A stretch of 64,000 nucleotides of DNA. It comes from Chloroflexota bacterium. Lineage in GTDB: Bacteria > Chloroflexota > UBA11872 > VXOZ01. Below, in pieces: positions 58,013 to 64,000 of this stretch. The first letter of the stretch is position 1. Each line of letters opens with the position of its first letter. Below the pieces are notes generated by a model. That model did no database searches and was not told the DNA's origin. It was given only the letters and a program-made list of their open reading frames with translations. The translations under genes were made by a program, and so were the position numbers. The DNA lies in the NCBI GenBank assembly GCA_012270555.1, contig JAAXIC010000006.1, positions 65,374 to 129,373 on the forward strand, in the 5' to 3' direction.

Positions 58013-59419
58013 TTATTGCTGTGCGAGCATCTGCCCCACGGCACACGCGTCGCATCTCTTCTCCCGGCACCAGTTGTGGTAGATGTGGAGCAACCCCTGC
58101 TGGCGCGCGGCGGTCATGGGCACGTATTTCGACGGCAAACCAAATACGTCGTCGCGCATGCTCCGGATGAGGCGGTTCAGGCCGGCGGTCGGCGCGCGGC
58201 GAAAGAGGGTGATAGCCCAGTCGGCAAGCCCGGCGTCTCCGGCGATGTCTCCATAGGCAACGAGGAACGGGAGAATCACGTTCGCGAGCATTTCGCGGAC
58301 ACGCTCACCGCCGATGAGGCTCTGCGGCCCGCCCCGCAGCGGGACCCCGAAGTCGCAGTGGGTCACCCAATAGGCCGAACGTGCCGCGGGCAGCGCGAAC
58401 GCTGCTTGCACGCGCCGCAGCACCTGCGTCCAATCGGAAGAATCCGTCAAATCCAGGCAGGCGTGCACCGGTCCGGTTGCGGCAAGCCGGGCACAGAGGT
58501 GTCCTGCCGCCGCCACGCGCCGGGCGGGCGCGTTCACCGGACGCACGCCCCGACGAACCCAGGCTGCGGTCGGCACCACCGGCTCCAACCGGAACTGCCG
58601 CCACAATGTTTCAAGCTCCTGCGCGTACTCCCGGTCCGCGCCAGTAGGGGCACGATATATCGTGCCCCTACTACGTGAGTCGCCGTCACGTTGCGACGGC
58701 AGCAGGCCCGCGGCGCCGAGGAAGAGCGCCTCACCATGCTGTTCCGCATCCGGCTTGCCGCGAAGCAGCGCTGCTACTACCGGCCAGGGCAAGCCCTCAC
58801 TGAGTAGTCGAAACGGTTCACGATTCTGGCTGTAGCCGAGCGCATCGAGCAGGGCGGCATACAGGGCTTGCTCCGGCCCGTGCTGCTCCAGCGCAGAGAG
58901 CATCAGCTCCGCCTTCTTCCGTAAGCGGCGCTCTCCCAGCGTCGCGAAGAGCATGCCGGCGGTCATGGGGTCACATTTGGTGTGGAGTTCCGCGCACGGT
59001 TGAAAGGAAGGGAGCGGCCGCGCCACATATTCCACTGGCATGCCGTCGGGAAAGTGGGGGGCTAACGCCAGCGTGCGCAGCGGGCCGCCCGTGACCGGGC
59101 CGTCGTCGTCCCACACCACGTGGAGCATCACGTTGTGGTAGGCCGGGTCGGGGGCATGACCGTGGGCGCGCCACGCAGACGTGACCGTATGAATCTCAAT
59201 GTGGCCGTGGCGCAGCCGGCGACCGTCCAGGGCGATGATGGCGTCGAGGAAATCCGGCCCGGGACCTAGGTTGCGCCGCCCGGGATAGACGACTTGAATC
59301 TGTTCGCCGCCCGTGGTGCGCAGGAGCTTGCCGCCCCAGGGGCACGCCTGCCAGAGTTGCGCAACGTCCTCTTCACGCAGCGTCTCAGTCGGGGCAAGCG
59401 TGGGCGCGGCAATGCTCAT
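58013..59419 (-). CDS. DUF2851-like protein (C-terminal CDAC...C cluster)
   Basis: Start at MSIAAPTLAP (ATG 59417-59419). The upstream 200 codons of the ORF-track entry overlap the 59709..61127 gene in another frame and are rejected. Confidence 0.5.
   Translation of the reverse strand: MSIAAPTLAPTETLREEDVAQLWQACPWGGKLLRTTGGEQIQVVYPGRRNLGPGPDFLDAIIALDGRRLRHGHIEIHTVTSAWRAHGHAPDPAYHNVMLHVVWDDDGPVTGGPLRTLALAPHFPDGMPVEYVARPLPSFQPCAELHTKCDPMTAGMLFATLGERRLRKKAELMLSALEQHGPEQALYAALLDALGYSQNREPFRLLSEGLPWPVVAALLRGKPDAEQHGEALFLGAAGLLPSQRDGDSRSRGTIYRAPTGADREYAQELETLWRQFRLEPVVPTAAWVRRGVRPVNAPARRVAAAGHLCARLAATGPVHACLDLTDSSDWTQVLRRVQAAFALPAARSAYWVTHCDFGVPLRGGPQSLIGGERVREMLANVILPFLVAYGDIAGDAGLADWAITLFRRAPTAGLNRLIRSMRDDVFGLPSKYVPMTAARQQGLLHIYHNWCREKRCDACAVGQMLAQQ
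58643..58672. repeat. 30-bp perfect palindrome AGTAGGGGCACGATATATCGTGCCCCTACT in-frame inside the DUF2851-like CDS
   Basis: Encodes ...SRGTIYRAPTG...; intergenic twin at 49656. Confidence 0.7.
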
Positions 59420-59708
59420 GGCGGGTAGTAGTATGCATAACTGGGAATATTCTCTGTACATACTATACCACGCATGGCAAACTATCGCTCTTTGGCACTC
59501 CTTGCAGCCATCAAGAACCAACGAAGTCGCACTGCCGGGTACGACGTAGGAGCGTGCACTGGAGGGGGAGCGTGTTTCCGTTGCCGCAGCAAGCGGACAC
59601 AGGGCAAATGGAGGCTGCCTACCGTGAGTCCCGGCGTTATAAGCAGGCGCACGCGTGGGAAACCCCACGCGTGCGCTCGTTTGCGTCGTAGCTCGCAACA
59701 AATGCGTC

Positions 59709-61127
59709 CTAGAAGTCGACGACTGAGTTCTCCAGCGCCTCGTCCAGCGCCTGCTGCACCTGCGCGTTGCCGTCGGCGAGCGCTTCGGGCACCGTCTTCT
59801 CGCGGTTCCAGATGGAACTCGCCATGCGCACGTGGATGCCGATGATCCGGCGTCCCCCGGGAGCGCTGACCACCCACTGGGCGCCGTCCATCTCGCGCGC
59901 GCCTTGGATGCGCAACGGGTCGCCCTGCGTGAACTCTTCACTCTGGGCCACCGATCGCCGCGCCGGCAGACTGTCGCGTACGTCGTTGAAGCGACGGTCG
60001 TTGGGCTCAAGGAACAACCACTCCAAGAACTTGAACGCCCCGTCCGGGTTGTTGGAGCCTTCGGGCATCAGGTGCGCGCCGCCGCCGCGATAGGCCGCGG
60101 GCGAGCCGCCCTCCGCCACCGGATAGGTGTCCACCCCGACGGTGATCTTCGCGAAGGCCTCCTCATAGGCCTCGAAGCGAGTGATGTTCATCACGTCGGT
60201 CCACATGGCGCAACGACCGGTGGAGAAGAGGTGTTGATGCCGCTCGTCGCCCCTGAACTCATTCATGGCGTCCAGGCCGCCCTGCAGGTCGAAGAAGCGC
60301 AGGGTCAAATTGAACGCGGTCTCCATCAACTCGTTGTCGATCGTAGACTCAAGCTCATCGTCGCTGAGCAAGCGACCGCCCTGCTGCCAGAAGGGCACCA
60401 GCCACCACACGAGCGAACTGTTGCCGTACCAGAAGCCGAGGCGCTCGATGTTGTCGCCCTCTTTCTTGAGCGTTTGCTGGATGGCTGCGTCAAGCTCATC
60501 CCAATTGGAAGGCCCGCTATCAGGATCGAGACCTACCTCTACAAAAACGTCTTTATTGTAGAAATAGGTAAAGACCGTGGGCGCCCAGGGCAAGCCGAAC
60601 CAGTGGCCGCGATAGGTCGAGTCGAAGACCACGCGCGGGTAGTAGTCGTCGGCGTCGATCACCGTCGATGCCTTCACGTAATTCGTGATGTCGGCGGCGA
60701 TGCCGCGCACGCCGAAGTCCTTCGGCAGATAGGCGTCAATGTAGGAAATGTCGGGTGGAATGCCGCCGGCCACCACCGTGGGCAGCTTGTTGATGGTGTC
60801 GCCATAGGTGGTGACGATGACGTTGACACTCTCGTTGGGGTTGGCCTCATGGTACTCGGCGACGATCTGCTCGCCAATGCCTTGCACCCAGTTACTGCCG
60901 CCCATGTCGATGGCCCAGAAGTTGGTGGGCTGCATCTCGGCAGGCGCCATCTCCTCGGCCTTTTCCATCTCTTCGGACGCCGGCGCGTCCCCTGCCGCAG
61001 GTGCCATGCCGCCCTGGGCGCACGCGGCAAAGAGCACCGCACCCGCCGCGGCTCCCGTGCCCGCGAGCATACGACGCCGCGTTAGTTGGCCGTGTGCGGC
61101 CAATTGGAAATCAGTACGACTCTTCAT
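59709..61127 (-). CDS. ABC transporter solute-binding protein, family 1 (paralog of 13735..15123)
   Basis: MKSRTDFQLAAHGQLTRRRMLAGTGAAAGAVLFAACAQG signal; body collinear with the 13735 paralog. Confidence 0.75.
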   Translation of the reverse strand: MKSRTDFQLAAHGQLTRRRMLAGTGAAAGAVLFAACAQGGMAPAAGDAPASEEMEKAEEMAPAEMQPTNFWAIDMGGSNWVQGIGEQIVAEYHEANPNESVNVIVTTYGDTINKLPTVVAGGIPPDISYIDAYLPKDFGVRGIAADITNYVKASTVIDADDYYPRVVFDSTYRGHWFGLPWAPTVFTYFYNKDVFVEVGLDPDSGPSNWDELDAAIQQTLKKEGDNIERLGFWYGNSSLVWWLVPFWQQGGRLLSDDELESTIDNELMETAFNLTLRFFDLQGGLDAMNEFRGDERHQHLFSTGRCAMWTDVMNITRFEAYEEAFAKITVGVDTYPVAEGGSPAAYRGGGAHLMPEGSNNPDGAFKFLEWLFLEPNDRRFNDVRDSLPARRSVAQSEEFTQGDPLRIQGAREMDGAQWVVSAPGGRRIIGIHVRMASSIWNREKTVPEALADGNAQVQQALDEALENSVVDF

Positions 61128-61374
61128 CGGAACCGATACCTCCTGCCTAGTAGGCGCTATTCCAAACTCGTACCACCGCTAAATGAGATGACGGGACACC
61201 AGTGGTTTGCCGTCCGCTGCCATCCCTTCCAGGAAACTACAGCAAAGACCGCAATTCCTAGACAGCTTGAAAGAATTGTAGCGTGCGCAAAGACGTGATG
61301 TCAAGGGCATGTACGGCCCGGAGCAAGGCGATTCCATGCCCAATCCATCTGAGATCTGACCGCTGGCAAAGCGT

Positions 61375-61438
61375 GGGTATCTTACGCAGTCAAAGCTGTT
61401 GAGGCCTCTTACAGAACCGGATTGGACCGAACTGCGGC
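61375..61438. repeat. Left ~65-bp direct repeat flanking the higBA-like cassette
   Basis: GGTATCTTACGCAGTCAAAGCTGTTGAGGCCTCTTACAGAACCGGATTGGACCGAACTGCGGCC vs the right copy at 62253 (~85% identity). Confidence 0.65.
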
Positions 61439-61531
61439 CAATAGAGTATCACCACGCCGAGAATGCGATTTCCCTTGGGAGAGGCCGAGCGTAGCTTGCA
61501 TTACATTCCTTATTTGGAATATACTACAGCC

Positions 61532-61894
61532 ATGCGTTGGGATGTCGAGTATACGGACGAGTTCGGGCAGTGGTGGCAAGGCCTCTCGGAGGGCCAGCAG
61601 GACGCGGTAGCCGCCAGAGTCGAGTTGCTGGCGGAGCACGGCCCCAACCTGCCGTACCCCTACTCCTCGGACATCAGAGGTTCGCGCCACGGAGTCATGC
61701 GGGAACTGCGCGTGCAGAGCGGCGGGAGGCCCATCCGGGTCTTCTACGCCTTCGACCCGAGACGAACATCCATCCTGCTCATTGGCGGGGACAAGACGGG
61801 CAACGACCGATTCTACGAGGAGTACGTGCCCGTGGCTGACGACCTCTACGACGAATATCTGGAAGAACTGCGCAGGGAGGGGTTGATCGAATGA
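61532..61894 (+). CDS. RelE/HigB-superfamily toxin (Gp49/addiction-module killer-like)
   Basis: MRWDVEYTDEF...IRVFYAFDPRRTSILLIGGDKTGNDRFYEE pattern of HigB-type killer proteins. Toxin gene first, overlapping (ATGA) with the HTH gene. Confidence 0.6.
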   Translation: MRWDVEYTDEFGQWWQGLSEGQQDAVAARVELLAEHGPNLPYPYSSDIRGSRHGVMRELRVQSGGRPIRVFYAFDPRRTSILLIGGDKTGNDRFYEEYVPVADDLYDEYLEELRREGLIE

Positions 61895-62229
61895 GTGGAC
61901 GCCATCCGTTCAGCGAACTGACCGGGGCCTTCACACCGGAGCGCCGTCGGCGCATCGACGAGATTAAGCGGGAGTTGCTCGCCGAGATGCCGTTGCACGA
62001 GTTGCGCCGGGCGCGTGCGCTGACCCAGCGGGACCTCGCCGAGACGCTACGAGTGAATCAGCCCGCCGTCTCCAAATTGGAGCAGCGGGCCGACATGTAC
62101 GTGTCCAGCCTCCGTTCCTACATCGAGGCCGTGGGCGGGAAGCTGAAGATCATCGCCGAGTTTCCCGAAGGCGAGGTGGTCATTGCCAACTTCTCGGATG
62201 TGGGAGAAGAGGAAGAAGACTCCGTCTGA
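61891..62229 (+). CDS. XRE-family HTH antitoxin (HigA-like)
   Basis: LTQRDLAETLRVNQPAVSKLE helix-turn-helix; acidic C-terminus. Confidence 0.65.
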   Translation: MSGRHPFSELTGAFTPERRRRIDEIKRELLAEMPLHELRRARALTQRDLAETLRVNQPAVSKLEQRADMYVSSLRSYIEAVGGKLKIIAEFPEGEVVIANFSDVGEEEEDSV

Positions 62230-62252
62230 GGTATGGCCGCCGGCACAGCGTT

Positions 62253-62317
62253 GGTATCTCACGTAGTCAAGGCTGTTGAAGCCGCTTACAGAGCCGGATC
62301 GGACTGAACTGCGCCGC
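62253..62317. repeat. Right ~65-bp direct repeat flanking the higBA-like cassette
   Basis: GGTATCTCACGTAGTCAAGGCTGTTGAAGCCGCTTACAGAGCCGGATCGGACTGAACTGCGCCGC. Confidence 0.65.
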
Positions 62318-62365
62318 GACACCATCGCCCTGCGCCGGCTTGATGGAATGGACTCTGAGCGGGCG

Positions 62366-63973
62366 CTACGTGGCGTGCTGGAGCGCGGCTATCTCTTCCG
62401 CGCTCAGGGCGCGGCCGTGCACGCGCACGTCGGCCAGGTTGCCGTTGAAGTGATCGTGCTGGCCGAAACCGATGCGCAGCGGCTCCCCGTTCGCGATGGA
62501 AGTGGGGAAGCGCACCGCGTCGGCGGATGTGGCTACCTGCACGCCGTCCACGTAGAGCGTGAGCTGATTTGCTTCCCGTACGGCTGCGAGATGGTGCCAA
62601 CCGGGAGCGAGGGCACGGTCGTACGTCACGTTCGCGCCGGCCTGCAAAGAGTAGACCCGCCCTGACGGCAGCGTGCCGCCGAAGAGTTTTCCCTGGAAGA
62701 CCGCCATCGACCACACTCGGCGGTATTTAACGTCCGGCGTGGTGTCCAGTTGCCCCGTATTGGTCCAAGTGGCCCCACCCTCGTAGCGATAGACGTTCGC
62801 CAGTGGCAGCGTGCCCGCGTAGAGCTTGCCGTTGTAGGCCGCCATGGCCATCACTTCCTTTTCTTCCTCCAGGCGGCCGACGCTCTCCCACGTCTCGTTG
62901 CCATCCCAGCGGAAAACGGTGCCGTTGGGCCAGGTGCCGACGTAGAGTTCGCCCTGGTAGGCGGCAAAAGAATAGACCTGAGTAACCCCCTCCTGGAAGC
63001 CGCAGGGTGTCCAATCGGTGCCGCCGTCGTAGCGAAAGACGCCGCCGCCCTCGTTGCCGGCACCGTAGAGGTGGCCCTTGAAGACCGTCAGCGCCATCAT
63101 GCGGCGTCCGGGCGTGCCGCAGTACGCCCACTCCTGCCCGCCCAGATAGCGAAAGACGCCTTGGCTGTAGAGCGGTATGGCGTAGAGTTCGCCGTTGTAG
63201 ACGGCCATACCCGCGATTGATTCTGCCCCTTCCAGGCGTCCGCAGTATTCCCAGGCAGCGTCTCCCAGATAGCGATAAATGGCGCCGCCGGGATGCTTAT
63301 TCGGCGAATCTTCTAGCGCGGAGCCGCCCGCGCGGTAGCACGACGTACCGGCGTAGAGCTCGCCCCGAAACACAGCGAGCGACGCCACGGTGTTGCTCGC
63401 GTCCGGGCTGCCGCAGTCATCCCACGTCTGCCCACCCGCGTAGCGGTACATGTGGCCGGCCTCGTCAGCGCCCCATTCGAAGGTGCCGGTGTAGAGGTGT
63501 CCGTTGTAGACGGCCAGCGAGTAGACGCGCAGGTTGTTGCCGGGTCGGCCGCGGTCCTCCCAGGCCAAGTCGCCCGTGCCGTCGTCGATGCCGAAGTGTA
63601 GGTTGCGGTGGTGGGCCTGGGCGGCGGTGACGCCGGCGTAGTTGAGGGTGCCGAAGTTCAGGCCGGTGCGGGTTGTTGGATCGTACTTGCTGATGATGTC
63701 GCCGTGCAGGTTGGCGCCGTCGGGCGGCAACTCTACCCAGGCTGAGAGCGTGAAGTCACCGTCGGCGAGCGCCAGCGCGTCGCTGGCAGGGACTTCTACG
63801 CAGGCGGCGCGGCCGTCAAAGCGCGCGGCGCCGTAGGGACTGCCGTCGCGGCCCACCGCCGCGAGGTCGGCCCCGCGGTTCGTGCCGTGATTGCCGTTGC
63901 CGGAGGCGTCCCGGCAATCGCCGTTGAATTTCCAATGCGCCAACAGGCCGGTATCGATACTCATGGGATGCAC
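62366..63973 (-). CDS. LamG/concanavalin-A-like jelly-roll protein interrupted by ~8 internal beta-propeller-type repeats
   Basis: N-terminal LAHWKFNGD...DGDFTLSAWVE and C-terminal WHHLAAV...LTLYVDG...GNLADVRV are LamG halves. Between them are ~45-aa repeats of form A.Y.G.LY.GT....G.V.RY.GG.W..CG. Confidence 0.5.
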   Translation of the reverse strand: MHPMSIDTGLLAHWKFNGDCRDASGNGNHGTNRGADLAAVGRDGSPYGAARFDGRAACVEVPASDALALADGDFTLSAWVELPPDGANLHGDIISKYDPTTRTGLNFGTLNYAGVTAAQAHHRNLHFGIDDGTGDLAWEDRGRPGNNLRVYSLAVYNGHLYTGTFEWGADEAGHMYRYAGGQTWDDCGSPDASNTVASLAVFRGELYAGTSCYRAGGSALEDSPNKHPGGAIYRYLGDAAWEYCGRLEGAESIAGMAVYNGELYAIPLYSQGVFRYLGGQEWAYCGTPGRRMMALTVFKGHLYGAGNEGGGVFRYDGGTDWTPCGFQEGVTQVYSFAAYQGELYVGTWPNGTVFRWDGNETWESVGRLEEEKEVMAMAAYNGKLYAGTLPLANVYRYEGGATWTNTGQLDTTPDVKYRRVWSMAVFQGKLFGGTLPSGRVYSLQAGANVTYDRALAPGWHHLAAVREANQLTLYVDGVQVATSADAVRFPTSIANGEPLRIGFGQHDHFNGNLADVRVHGRALSAEEIAALQHAT

Positions 63974-64000
63974 ACTTTCTTGTCCTTTGTTGACAGCCTC

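Noticed and set aside
59420-60010. N-terminal 197 codons of the 665-aa ORF 58013..60010
   Set aside because: Overlaps the binding-protein gene 59709..61127 in another frame and is Arg/Ser/Thr-rich low complexity. The credible DUF2851-like gene starts at the internal ATG 59419.
59832-61085. 417-aa + strand ORF
   Set aside because: Antisense to the binding-protein gene 59709..61127.

Overview
High-GC (roughly 65% by eye) bacterial chromosomal segment that is densely coding; AGGAGG-type ribosome-binding sites and many TAT/lipoprotein signal peptides are visible, but the phylum cannot be determined from sequence alone. Housekeeping genes: gnd (partial), rplJ-rplL (no rplK-rplA upstream), gyrA, moaC, folB, ubiX, a TrmH-family RNA methyltransferase, a thiG-thiE-thiS-thiO thiamine operon behind a TPP riboswitch, and mmsA. 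Catabolic/transport genes: five orphan family-1 ABC solute-binding proteins, a NitT/TauT binding-protein + ATPase pair with no permease, an S9 peptidase, DppA (M55), DmpA (S58), a DSD1-type PLP enzyme, a SelA/DgaE-like PLP enzyme, two PHP/DUF3604-like paralogs, two amidohydrolases, an enolase-superfamily protein, a ceramidase-like hydrolase and a Gfo/Idh/MocA oxidoreductase. Accessory/defence content sits in short blocks that look lower in GC. (i) A 1002-aa fused nuclease-methyltransferase (MmeI/Type IIG-IIL-like) starts 6 nt after a 2-hydroxyacid dehydrogenase, with an uncharacterised 266-aa protein + PIN nuclease cassette immediately downstream. (ii) A HEPN(Rx4H) / orphan / MNT triad. (iii) A HigB/HigA-like pair bracketed by ~65-bp direct repeats. 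(iv) A Fic protein. (v) A QueF homolog lacking the catalytic cysteine. At least five families of short hairpin (MITE/REP-like) repeats are scattered through the intergenic regions and combine into compound elements; one 30-bp perfect palindrome lies in-frame inside a coding sequence. No rRNA, tRNA or CRISPR array was recognised. The strongest candidates for an undescribed system are the 12.1-13.7 kb orphan+PIN cassette beside the restriction-modification gene and the 19.2-20.6 kb HEPN-X-MNT triad.
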